From the NCBI GenBank assembly GCA_973895155.1, contig OZ316895.1:16782170-16846169 (forward strand): 64,000 bases of DNA, written 5' to 3'. The notes beneath the pieces were generated by a model, which was not told the origin of the DNA, made no database searches, and saw only the letters and a list, made by a program, of their open reading frames with translations. Source of the stretch: Marsupella aquatica (Eukaryota; Plantae; Marchantiophyta). Positions 26,283 to 38,999 of this stretch are shown here, piece by piece. Positions within the stretch are counted from its first letter, which is position 1, and each line of letters begins with the position of its first letter. Both the position numbers and the translations under genes were made by a program.

Positions 26283-26930
26283 CGCTCACTCTCTTTGCTA
26301 GCCTGATTATCCGGTCACTCTTTACTAGCCTGAGTACCCGGTCACTCTTTATTTACTAGCCGATTACCCGGGTGTTATTAGACGTCAATAGAGGTGATTA
26401 AAGCCAAAACTTTTCCCGGTCACTATTTTCCCGGTCACTCTTTACTAGCCTGATTACCCGGTCACTCTTTATTTACTACACGATTACCCGGTCACTCTTT
26501 ATTTACTACACGATTACCCGGGTGTTGGACGTCAAATAGAGGTGACTAAAGCCAAAAAGAACTCCCTTGCTATTTTTCCTAGTCACTCTTTACTAGCCTG
26601 ATTACCCGGTCACTCTTTATTTACTAGCCATTACCCGGTCACTCTTTATTTACTAGCCATTACCCGGTCACTCTTTATTTACTAGCCATTACCCGGTCAC
26701 TCTGTATTTACTAGCCGATTACCGGGGTGTTGAACGTCAATAGAGGTGACTAAAGCCAAAGACAACTCCCTTACTATTTTCCCACTCATCTTTACCCATC
26801 CCTGTTTTCATTGATCTTTATTTGCTAGCCGATTACCCGGGTGTTGGACGTCAATAGAGGTGACTAAAGCCAAAAACAATTCCCTTACTATTTTCCCAAT
26901 CATCTTTACCCATCCCTGTTTTCATTGAAC
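26283..26930. repeat. Complex tandem array (~29-30 bp gattacccggtcactctttatttactagcc units interleaved with gacgtcaatagaggtgactaaagccaaaa modules)
   Basis: More than 10 copies of ccggtcactcttt and 4 of (g/a)acgtcaa..gaggtga.taaagccaaa directly visible. Confidence 0.92.
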
Positions 26931-27679
26931 GTAAATGAATGGGACTAACGCAAGAAAGATTCCTTACTATTTTGGCATTCATCTTTGCCACATCCCTGCT
27001 TTGTGTATGCACCCTCACTTTGAGTTATGCCCTACTGTAGCTTATTAGGTTTACTATTAGGTTTACTATTAGGTTTACTTGCACGTACAGGGTCCTGAAG
27101 AATGCGGCCCTGAACTTCATAGATGTCAACGTATGAGTGAGCAAGAATAACACGCCTGAACCCCTCTGGTGGCAGACCTAATGGCAGTATTTGTGGAATC
27201 CCAAGGGAAAGGGCTGGAACTGAGAACCCGACCTTTGTTCTCATAGTAAAACAAAAGCATACCTCACAGGGCAGCAGATCATGTTGCCAATCTAGATGTG
27301 CTTTTTGCCGAGGATTTTGTAATTGTTCAGGGATGCTTTCTTCAGGGATGCCACATGCAAGTTGGGCAATAGAGCCATTGTCTACCCCCATCCTTGTTCT
27401 CTCTGCCCCTTCACTTTTGTTAGGGTGTGTGCACCCTCACTTTGAGTTATGCCCTTAATATAGAGTCACAGTTTACACCCATCCCTGTTTTCTGTCTCCA
27501 CCCTCACTTTGATTTATGCCCTTTTATAGTCATGGTCTACCCCCATCCCTCTTTTCTCTACGCACTTTCACTTTTGTTAGTGTCACTATCTAGAGGCTTG
27601 ACTCTAGACAGTAGCCTCAAGGAATAGATGTTGATTATGGACCCCATGACAAGTCTCTTGCAAAATTCTTGACATAATT

Positions 27680-27930
27680 CCTGTCAGGAAGCAAGGTTAC
27701 CGGTGTGTAACCTTTTCTACTAGGTGCCACCATTTCCATAATCCTCTGCCCAGAAAATGTTCCCGGTAATCTTTTTTTCGGACAGGTATTACGTATGATA
27801 ATGACAGCTTGGGCTGGGGTTACTGTCTGAAACCTGTTCCCACAAAGCTCAGAAAAACTTCCCGGCTACCGCCGGTCAGTATTTCCTCACTTTCTGGTCA
27901 CAGGGTTACAGACCAGTAGTGACCAAGCCG
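27680..27930 (-). repeat. Dispersed repeat copy homologous (inverted) to 7800-7900 plus 8525-8670
   Basis: Shared blocks in the reverse complement: cctgtgaccagaa, aagttttt, taaccccagcccaa, atacgtaa, cacac(c/g)ggtaacc.t.cttcc. Confidence 0.6.
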
Positions 27931-30599
27931 TCATTACCCTATACGTGATTGCGTCATCTCAGCACTTTTTGCCACGACCACAAACGACAATGCTTGCGGT
28001 GACAAACAAACACTATCATTCATGTTTGTCGCAACGCCGACAAAATTGGTTAGAATTGGGAACAAAATAAACTTAAATAAAAATAAAAATTAACATGCCG
28101 AAGGAACAAAGAGTGGAGGCAAAGTAATAATTGCTTGTAACTATTTAATTTAATTTTTGAATTATAAGCAATAGATTTTAAATAATCAATTGATTTACTT
28201 AACAAACAACGACAACTAACTCTAGCGCTTGGTCTGATTGATCATAATTATGCATCGATGAATCATTGCTAACAAAGAGAAGGGTGGACTACAGTGCACA
28301 ACAGTCACAAAAAGATATGTAGTTGGATTTTTCTGGACTTCTGAGATTGACAAATGAGATAATTCAAATGTTAATAATCAATGGTGACAATCAGTATTTT
28401 AAACCAACCGATATCTTAAGTTAGTCAGTTGTTCTATTGGGGTTTTTATGATGTTTTTTGTGTGCTAATGGGATACATAGAAGTCAAAGATGCATCAACA
28501 GAGCTTTCTAGCCACAATCTTGTTGTCTCGAGCCTGGTTGGGTTGAGACTTTATGCATTGCTCCTTAGCTTTGGGACCTACTGTACTAATTCTCAAAACT
28601 TTCTGATGAGCGTTAGTCATCAAACCAATTAGAGCTAATTCTCAAAACTTTCTGATGCGCGTCAGTCATCAAACCAATCAAAGAGATTGAAGGGACTAAA
28701 ATAAAATAATAATAAAAAATGAGATCGATAGGATTAGGGACCCACAAGGAAACATGGCAATGACCAAACCCAAAAATGTGATCAATGCCATTATTTTTAG
28801 ACCAAGCCTCTTGCCTGGCGAGCTAATTGATGAGCTCCACTCTGAGCTCATCTTGGTGGTTGTTGAAAGTGTTTGGCTTGAAGTGCTACCAGATGACATG
28901 GAGGCCTGTTAATGAGATACAAATGAGGTCTACTGACTTTACATCCGTGGTGAGACAAGAGTGCTTGAGCCAGGCATGGAAATTGAGACTACCTTTGTGT
29001 GAGAACATATGTTAATTTACTCACAAACATTAAAGCAATGATGGATCCACAAACTAATTGCAATTATGATCAATCACTACAATTCCCTGTCTTGTCAAAA
29101 TTTAATTTTGTCTATTACAAAATGAGAAATAGGCAGGAGCCAATCCTGGCTCTTCATAATATATATTTTTAGCTCCATCAGATCCACCAATACACCCTTT
29201 TTGTCTCAATTGTCTGCCCAAGTTGCTCTAAGCCTGCCCACAGCTGCCCAAGATGAAAATATAATTATAACAATGGAATAACCTTAATTTTAAAAAATGA
29301 AAAATAACTTTGAAAATTTTGACCATGCATAATATATTAAATATTTAAAAATGGATAAAAAAAAACACAAGATACTCCCTCCTGCACATGGTTGTGCTTG
29401 GACCTTTTCAATGCAACGGGTGTTGTCTTCCCGGTTGTCTTGCATCCCCGCACCCTCACTTTTGTCCTCCCCTACAACAACACTTTTGCCACAACAACAC
29501 TAACCAAAATGATGAGTGACATTTTTGCAACAATCACCATCCAAAAATCCTCACCCTCAAGCTTGATTAGATGACCCAATCAAAATGATAACACTTGTTT
29601 GTCTCCGACTTGCAATCCTTTACCTCACCTCAACATTTTTGTGCAGCGAGAAAGGGGAGGGATAGGGCATCTCTAACTGTTACTAGATTGGTCTACTGTA
29701 CTTAACTCTATGTTGACCAAATTCAACCCAGTACAGTTGGGTTCAAAAGTCATCCCCAATGGGTTAATGGAAGTCAATTTGATTGACAGCTTATTATTGG
29801 GATTCTTGGTAAGTTTCAAAAGTCATCCCCAATGCATTAACAGTCACTAGCCATATAAAAGGGGGAAGTGTTTTTCACTTTCCTCTCATTCTTCTCCTCT
29901 CCAGTTCCATATTGCTCCACAAATTCAGGAAATGATACTATTTAGGGTGAAACTAGTGTAACCATGTCTACCCTAGTGATGGTTTAAGATCTCAGTGAGT
30001 GTACAATGTTTTGTCATGGCTACGGTAGTGGTCGGTTAATGGAACTCTATTCAATTGTCAATTTATAATTGGGAGTTTTGGTTAGTGGACCTGGATATGA
30101 GCAAATGTATACTTACAGGTTGACTCTATACTAGATTTATTCCAATATCGAATAGGGAGTGTCACAGCACTGGTGTAAGCTAGGTTTTCTGGCTGAAAGT
30201 TGTTTGACGTATCATCCTTATGGGGGCCGTATGTATTGGACTTACCATCCTCATGGGGCACATATTTAGGTAGCCTGGGTTTTATGGCTGAAAGTTTTGG
30301 ATGTACCATCCTTATAGGGCACATATTTAGGTAGCCTATAACATTTTTGTCCTGTCCATAAAAGCCATTGATGTTCTTCTATGTAACTCAGTTCCGGCCC
30401 CACTTTGACACACCCTAATGATATGATCCAACTGGTGCCTATCTCAGGAGGGGACGAAAAAGCCCATTAACCATTGGGCTTGCATTGTGGCATGTCATGC
30501 ATCCTATATTATGGTAAAAACCTAACGCAATAAGCTATATCTAATGTATGCATTGAGGAGATACAATACAGTAAAGTAAAGCGTTTGGAGATGCTGTTC

Positions 30600-31650
30600 G
30601 AGTTCACCGAACTCTATTGTGTTCAATGACATTAGGTCTCGTTTTTGATTTTGTCAAACATTCGTCGTGCATCATTGACATTCCATGTGATGGAATTTTG
30701 ATCGGTGAAATTTTCAAAAACTCGCCTTGCCTCCGTAATGCACCCACACTCTTGCACACATCTGAAGGACGGCAGTCCCAACACGGACATCTGGTTCAAA
30801 GCCAGCATGTCGAATACACACATGAACTTCTTTTCCTCATTTAATCATGAGCTAATCGGTTGGCACATGCCTTCAGGATGCACCTTATCATGCCGCACAC
30901 GTTTTTTTTTGCCTTGCAAAATCATTTTGAAGCCGCACACGTTCTTGGCACATGAATTTGAACAGCTCCACCAGTGTGGATTCAGTATGATCGATCTCCT
31001 GCAATTCATCATGTTCCAAAGTATAACGACACTCTTCTTCTCAAGTTTGTAAAAATCTCGATGGCATCCAAAACTCCCACATACGTCTGAGGGTGTTCGC
31101 CACACATAAATTCTAATTCATTCCACTGTGGATGACGGAGTCATGACCCTGCTTGGCCACTTCCAGGTCTTTTTTTTTTGTAGCCCAATTGCAGAGACTT
31201 TAACAGACGTGTACGAGTTTCTAGGAAGCCTCATTGTGGACGATTCTTCAAAACAGCAATATTGCTTCAGTCGCCATCCTTCGTGCAGGTCTTGAGGCCA
31301 ACATATGGTGCTATAAGTAGCACAGACTGCAGATGTCTTCAATTAGGAATGAATTTGAGCCTTGCCTTTACCCATCCTGGATCCACCCAAAGTGCTTTCC
31401 TTGTCACTTCAGGATTGAACTTAGGTGCTCAGGGCTTCCATTTGTCTGGTATACTTCCCTTGCTCTGCTGCGATCCCTGGTGCGGATATCTTGCAAAAGT
31501 GATATTACTCCGTTTTAATTGAGAGTACCGGCCATCACCCATATTACCGGGTGGGCAAGCAGGGGCACCATGCTTTGGCAACTCGGTGGGAACAGCTTCT
31601 GTAGTTGTGAACACTTGCAGCAGACACCAAAGCTGTCGCCGGCGAGGCAT
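30600..31650 (-). pseudogene. Decayed PLS-class pentatricopeptide repeat (RNA-editing factor-type) gene
   Basis: Across frameshifts: NSYTSVKV..KKKDLEVAKQGHDSVIHSG..VANTL, CGS..FYKLEKKSVVILWNMM, ILKACAN, K*GKEVHVCIRHAGFEPDVRVGTAVLQMCA/CGCITEARRVFENFTDQNSITWN, NDARRMFDKIK. These are L/S/P PPR motifs. An Arg-rich N-terminus MPRRRQLW starts at 31650. Multiple stops and deletions. Confidence 0.88.
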
Positions 31651-33176
31651 TGTCGCTACTGCTGACCGCTTGTGTAGTAAATTTGAGCGCGAAGAACTAC
31701 TGCAAAATCCTCAACAAACGTATCTCGGTTGTTGGGCTGAATTACAGCAGACCTGACCATCCCAACCCCTTCAAGCCCTCGTCCTGTTCCCACGCCCTCT
31801 CACAACTCAAATGAATGAGCACTCCACAAAACCCTCAACATTTTCATTCACCCTCAGAGATTGAAATTCGCAGTGACACAGGTCTGAACCCATACTCATC
31901 TCTCAAAAAGAGCATGAAATCCTGGCCAAACTCCATAATTTTATGGAGAGCTAACCTCGGAAAACGACCGGACTCGTAGCACAAAACCTTCTAAATATAT
32001 ACAAAAAGGTATCCCTGGGTGCAGTAAAATCACTGCTAATGTCTATGTTCCTTATTGATTGCAAAAGATAAGGCTATGGTGACTCTGCACAAAAGAACAA
32101 AGGAATTTAACAAAAGAAGAACTATCACCAACAGCAGTACCTCGTGACCGCAAAGAGAAAACCAGGACCTCTGCGTTGCCAGTCACAATGCCAAGAAGAG
32201 TCACCTGGCGCTGTCTTGGAGACGATTAATAGTGAGGAAGGTCTTAGAGTTGACGATCTGCACGGAGAAATTTTTTAAACTAGACCTCGTGGGAGAAGTT
32301 GACATGGCCATGAGTGTCAATCACTTTTAGTATATTATTATCATCTTGTTGATCGGCACCTGGACCAAAGTGGGGAGTTCTGACTTGAAGACTCCCATTT
32401 AGAAACTACATGGCAACACCTGCACTCAAGAACAAGATAAATGCCAGCCGCACTCCCGAAGCTCAAACTCCAGAAACGAAAACAAGCCCTGAAAAAGTAA
32501 AAAGCCACAGTTCACTCATGAAGAAGCTTCGAGCAGAATTGCACGAAAATATCTCGAGTCCACGGAAGAAAAATTTCGGAAAAAAACTAAGAATCCATAC
32601 ATCTCATCAGTGAAGGCTTGAATCTACCAATATCCTTATTGTTCACACTTCAAAGGTCTCTTGATAATCTATCACAAACTTGGTGCTTCTACAGTCAAGT
32701 CATGATCAGTACAGTTTGAGGGCTCCACATTGGGGGAACAATGGCGATGATATCGACAAAGACAACAAGACTAGAAACATACTAAGTTGCTTGTCACTAC
32801 CACAGGTTGAACAACTGTAGACCGACTAGAAACAGAGCTGCCATGAAAGTAGTCTCACTGCACCAACTTTCCTGTTGTGATCTTCGAACTCCAATCTATT
32901 GGACACTATACAACGCGAGTAAACTAGCTATTGTAGGACTGGAAACTAAACAGCTGACATCATAACATGACGCTTCCTTGAAGCGAGAGTAGGCAACACT
33001 CTCCGTGAGTCCACTATTGAACGAGAAATCGTCCTCAAAGGAATGGATACTTACTGAGGGCTGACAGGTTAAAAAACTAAGGTTCGGTTTTGAGCGCTCT
33101 GTGAAATAGTCAGTGAATCTATTTCAATAACAAATTCGCATTACTTTCTAGCCTACTACAAACAGCTGTGAAAAGT

Positions 33177-33334
33177 AGTTCTAGGATTATGTGGTGAATG
33201 ACAATAGACTTACTGAATAATCGATCATCACTATTAGCGATACCAGCCCGTGGGCAGTTCTAGGATTATGTGGTGAATGACAACAGACTTACTGAATGAT
33301 CGATCATCACTATTAGCGATACCAGCCCGTGGGC
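33177..33334. repeat. 79 bp tandem duplication
   Basis: agttctaggattatgtggtgaatgac...gcgataccagcccgtgggc twice (starting 33177 and 33256). Confidence 0.95.
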
Positions 33335-36300
33335 AATGCTTAACAATCAAAGCCAGGATCGACATCCAATGAAATTGGTGGTCGTAGATACTCACGCTGA
33401 AAGTCTCTCCAAGGGTAGTTAAACGAATACTTAAACAAATACAATAAGAAAACAAATTCACCTCGCAACAAGCCAATCAAGGCTTTGAAGAAACTTAACA
33501 TTTCAGACCTTAAGTTTCTAAAAGTTAGTCTGTCCAACGGAGAAAGCTGAAATGCGTTATTCTTAATGTTTAGCAAAGTTTCAAACTAAATCACATATTA
33601 GTACAATGGGTACTTATATGTAGGTTGCCACGACATGATGAATGACGATGAACGAAATCCAGTGTGCCTCGAATGAAAAATCAGTTTCGGCAAACCTGCT
33701 GGTTCTCCTGCTGCCAAACAAACATCGTCTGCAGATGAGAGCGAGCTGTAGGTCTAATACAGCTGCCATCAGGTATGCTTTGACTATGTAAACAGGGGGA
33801 TATTACAGCCCCTGGTTGGGCTAGCCACATAATAGAACGGGAAAAGTATGAAGTACTGTTGTTGTTAACGGCTCGGAGGCTAATTTCTTTCCGGCCTCGT
33901 GACAGTTGCTCAAGGGGAAGGAGAGCGACTGATTGTGTCTCAAGTACTATAATCCTCGAAAGGCCGGTGCACTAGACGGTGCTGAAAAGAAAAGACGTTG
34001 ATTATAAGTCCCATACGATTTTGTTTATTGGCAAGATAGGTCCATCAGACAGCAAATCACAAATATGATCCTTCAGGAAAAATGGAAAGCTGGACCTGTA
34101 CGGACTAGGAAGGAGAAACGACTCCTATGATACAACCGCAACAAATCAGGGCCAGACCGAGAAAAAGAGAGTATTACCGGATGTACTCGGGCAAAATCAA
34201 ATAACCCATTACCGGATGTACTCGGACAACAATCAGATAACCCATCCGGTTTACAAGCCTTATCTATGATCTGTAGAATACCACCCAGGCAACAAACCAC
34301 AGATGGCAGGAGTGTGAGAAGAGGGCCACTGAGGAGTACCGAGCCTGCAAGGTTCACAAGTTCAAGAGTCTACAATTGTCATGAGAGTTGTGTCTGCCAC
34401 GATTGTAGTCCTGAAAAACATGCTCATGCGTCTCAAACTGGAAATTCGCAGGCTGCAGAGGAAACTTTTATGGCAGTAGAGGGCGAGCATTGAAAAGAAC
34501 AACTAGACGTGAGTGGATAGTGTGGTCTGCTAGGATTAACTGATTCACATGGTACACAACTCTGTGCCAGATGTTTCAGGGGCGGGTTCTAACATTCTAC
34601 GATGTTTTGGTAATTGCCATTCCACTAGTCCACAATGCAGACTATGTTACCCGCGCGAGTGGTCGAGTCCACATGCGATGCTCTGGCTATTTCGGGTTCT
34701 AATCAAAAAGAGTCCAAGGGGTCCTTGAAAGTAGGGGGGAAAGAGGGTCCTAGCTTTTTCCTTAGTGCTTGATGTACATCTGCAACATTGACTTTGGTAG
34801 ACCTTCATAATCATCATCATTAGCCGGAGATTTGATACACACCTCCCTCCAAAAGGCTTCGCTCAATAATCCTCATCTTAAAGAAATAAAAAATACTTGT
34901 CTTCAGCTCCACCTGAATTTGAGTAGTCGGTGCACTGGTTATCAAGCGTCTAATAGTCAGGAACAAATACTGGGTTACAATGGTAGACTGGAGAGCTCGT
35001 GGCAGCTACGAATGGGAGACAAGAAGGCTACAGTAGCTGGCACAAACGGCAAAGTTAAACCGAAGCAAGAATCACCTGGAATTTCAAGGAGTATCAGACG
35101 AGAAGCCACCCCAACGACAGCAATTATGGTAATCACGAAAACTTTCCTTTGATGGAGACTCTGGAGGGGTTCTCTCAGCTCGACAATAAACCCATGAAGT
35201 AAAATCCCATTTCGAGGCAAAAATAAAGTCGTGAGTGGACTCATTTGGTTTGACATGCTAAAAGCAAAAAAATTAAATGAAATCCTTCAAATGACCTCAA
35301 CGTGGTCCTTCCTACTTCTGTTGTAATTTTTGCCTTTGTTTTCAGCTCCTTCATCCACAGACGGTACTTTACTGAACCATAGCGACAAACTTTACTTACC
35401 ACCGTCAGTCAGACAGGAACACGGGTGCTGTAGCACTGTGATGCGTAGCTGACTGACCACAGGTCTCGTGCAGCACAACAATGGTACTTTATTGCAGAGT
35501 AGTAAGTGACCTCTCTTACCAGATCTTGTCACCACGTGCACCTGCTTAGGGATGCTAAATTAAATGTGGTTGGAGGTAAAAGTTGTCGTGAGGCGGGGGA
35601 GGTGTTACTATTCCGGCATTATGTGGAGCTTGCTATTGTCAGAGGTAAGATCCTTCCCTTTCGTTTCACCTTGTTTGAATACTAAACTATAGGTGGTAGG
35701 TACTAGAGTACAGGCACTCTTTATCGACATTCTGATTTATGAGACTAGAGTCTCTGGAGTCTGGATCCAATGCCAGGTTTGACATAATGGTTTGACTAAG
35801 TACGATTTTAAGGTATCTGAGCAAATTGTCGTTGGGTTGACGTCTTGAAGACTACGACATCCTTGCATGAAGTTGGTCCACGGAATGCCTGGCTTGGCAG
35901 CTTCCTTCGCCTTAATTTTGAGCCCAGTGACCAGTGTTGATGTACCATTCTGGGATCGTCTCGATTTGAGAGCATCAGTCCTCCGTTTAACCTGGATCAG
36001 TCTAGTTGGTTTGGAGGAAGGCTTGATACTACAGTACTCCAAACACTTGCGTAATGAGATGTCTGTTTCAGCAACTGTGGATGATTTCAGATCATCTACA
36101 GTGCAATTCCAGTTTCTCTTGATTTTGACAGCACTTTTATGCTCCGTGGGTATGGTGCCGTTCGGATGAGGATGCTCGATTGCTTACGATTGAGGCTTTG
36201 ATGAAGTCCAGGAGGGTTAGAGCATGAGTGCAAGGACTTAGGGAGGTTGGTCCGTGGGTCACTTCCGACTGTCTACCACTATGTCTCCTGGTCCGTGGGT

Positions 36301-37079
36301 CAATTCCGACTATGTGTACCATATGTCTCCCCAAACCATGTCGTGCAACTGGTGCTCCACAGGACACTATGTGGATTGCTTGTAAATATCGATGTGATTC
36401 TAGATGTAGCTTGTTTAGAACTGAAGGTGTTGACACCAAAAGAGAACTCGAATCACCAAAACCAAGCAAGGAAAGTGAGGACAGAGACCGGTATGGGATA
36501 GAAGAGGGTGAGTGCATGCTACACTAGACCAAACCAGTTAACATGAGACACAATTCACATTGCAGTACTGAGCTTGGAAACTATTTCCTGTTCGGGTCAG
36601 TGAGAAGCTTTTAGCAGAATCGAGAATGACAAGGAATGGACAAATTTCGAGGAATGGACACGCAGAGTTATCATTGATGGTTGGGAGGCTCGAATCGACG
36701 GAAAACTCGCAAGCTCAGAGGCGTGAGTAGGTCTTGAGGAGTGCATTCGTTCGCCCGGTCGTGCAGGTTAAGTTCTCTGCCCAATGCCATTAACATGACG
36801 ATAGCATGAGCGAATAGCTCTGACACTGTACAGTACAGTGTACGGGCACCCCTTACCTAAGATTAATGCCCCACCGCCATTATCGCCAATCCCTATATCT
36901 CACTAATGACCTCTTGAAATTATATCCTCATCATCATTTGAAAGGAAAGAACGTCCAAAATGTTCCTCCTCGAAAGATGCAGTCATTTCAAAGGAAAGAA
37001 AGTCCAAAATGTTCCTCCTCGAAAGAATGGCCTCTGCTTCTCCTGGCTATGATCCATGTGTTGGGCCTTGAATTCGGTG

Positions 37080-37306
37080 CTTGTGCCCTCGCTGCCAACG
37101 TTAATAAGAAATTATGCCCAAAATGTCTTCTCTCCCTTACAGTCCATCTGGGCAGCAGGCTTTGTAATGAATAAACGGAGCTGTCCATAGAATTGGGTGT
37201 TTGTGACCTCGCTTCCAACGTTGATAAGAAATTATGCCCAAAATGTATTCTCCCCCTTACAGTCCATCTGGGCAGCAGGCTTTGTAATGAATAAAGGAGC
37301 TGTCCT
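37080..37306. repeat. 120 bp tandem duplication
   Basis: ctcgct.ccaacgtt.ataagaaattatgcccaaaatgt...gggcagcaggctttgtaatgaataaa.ggagctgtcc twice. Confidence 0.93.
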
Positions 37307-37523
37307 TAATTGGCTGAACTATGTTCAGCTATGTGATGGGGGACCAAAAAAGTCCCCCAAGATACTTTTGTTTGCAATACATATGAAGTGCAATAAGATG
37401 AACTGTTTGCAATACATATGAACTGCAATACTGGAGTTCTATACAATTTTCCTTGTTACGGACCCCCATTAGGGGTCTCTTGCAAATTCTCTGCCGTGAG
37501 GTTGCGCCACATCATCACAACTA

Positions 37524-37584
37524 GCCACAAACAGGAATGATCATACTTTTAACAATAACAAACGTGCACATTCCTGTTTGTGGC
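37524..37584. repeat. Perfect 16 bp inverted repeat (stem-loop, 29 nt loop)
   Basis: gccacaaacaggaatg (37524-37539) / cattcctgtttgtggc (37569-37584). Confidence 0.85.
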
Positions 37585-38571
37585 AAAAACAACATAATTT
37601 TTGGGGCGCCATGCCGTAAATATTAAACATAAAAAAAACCAAAATAAAAAGGAAGAGAGGTCATTTAGTAAAACAAAGTTACCATTTTGATATTTGTCAA
37701 AGATATATCATTGCTTTATATCAAAATGCTTGTATTTTTTAATTGTTTGCAAGTTTGAAAAAATCAATCAATAGAAATTTACATAATTAAAACCCATTTG
37801 GCTTCACATTGTAAAACTAAATAATAAATCTCCTTAGTTGATAAAATTTGCCAATGTTTGATTCATTGGAAAATTCAAGATCAAGATTTAGAAACTCGTG
37901 ATCTCTTTAGTAATGTCTTGATAAAATCTCTCAATGTCACTCATTGGAAAGCTAGAGTAAAATTAAAAACTCATCATCTCCTTAGTACTTGACAAAATCT
38001 ATTATGTTAGGTTTATTAGAAAGCTAGAGAAATTTAGATACTCATGATTTAGCTCTATTTCTTGACAAATAATCTTAATGTCACACATTAAAAAGTTAAA
38101 AAGATTGAAAAACTCCTGATCTCTTGAGTACTGTGACAAAATCTGACATAAAATTTGTAAATGTCAGACTCAATGTTAGAAAGTTAAAAGAATTCATGAA
38201 CTCATAATCAAAAAAATTTATACTAATACTCATTGGGAAGGCAAAGATATTCAAAAACTCATATGAAACTTGACAAAATTTGTCAATTTGAGATTCATTG
38301 GAAACCCTTTCTCGATTAAGAGATATCACAATCTCGTTACCGTCACAAACTTAGCCGTTACAAATTGATTTCTTTGATTACGTCACCATCGCTTGTCCAC
38401 AATGCTTGCTTTCCGACTTGAATTGTTTGCATTTCTTAGATAGTCTTCAACTAAAGCTCATTCTAAAGAGATCAAAAAAAAATCCAATGTATTGTATATA
38501 ATATTTGTATTCAGGCATCATGATGGCATAGGAAAGAGATGAGATGAACATTTAATGATTTGTCTTTTGTG

Positions 38572-38780
38572 TTTATCTCATATTTTTTCTGTTTCTTTTT
38601 GTTTGTCTTAAGTTAAGTATATTTGACACTTGTTCAGCCTAATGTGACCAAACCCCCTTTGGTCACGGGCCTGGTTATTTATCTCATTTTTTTCTGTTTC
38701 ATTTTGTTTGTCTTATGGAAGTATATTTAACACTTGTTCAGCCTAATGTGACCAAACCCCCTTTGGTCACGGGCCTGGTT
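38572..38780. repeat. ~105 bp tandem duplication, each copy ending in the hairpin gtgaccaaa-ccccc-tttggtcac followed by gggcCTGGt
   Basis: Hairpins at 38644-38666 and 38748-38770. Confidence 0.9.
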
Positions 38781-38999
38781 TATTTAGGTTCTTTGAAAAG
38801 ACGTGCACAGTAACAAGGTTTCGGAAACCCACCTGCAATAAGGGCAACGAACAAATTGGAGGAAATGTACCCGTCCTCAAACCCATCTGCAATAAAAGGG
38901 CAGAGAGGGAAGGTAGAGTTAATTAATTTCTTATTAATCATTTTATCGGCGAGTCAGACAGTCTGGCGAATCAGTTTTTGTTTTAGCTTGATGCTGTGA

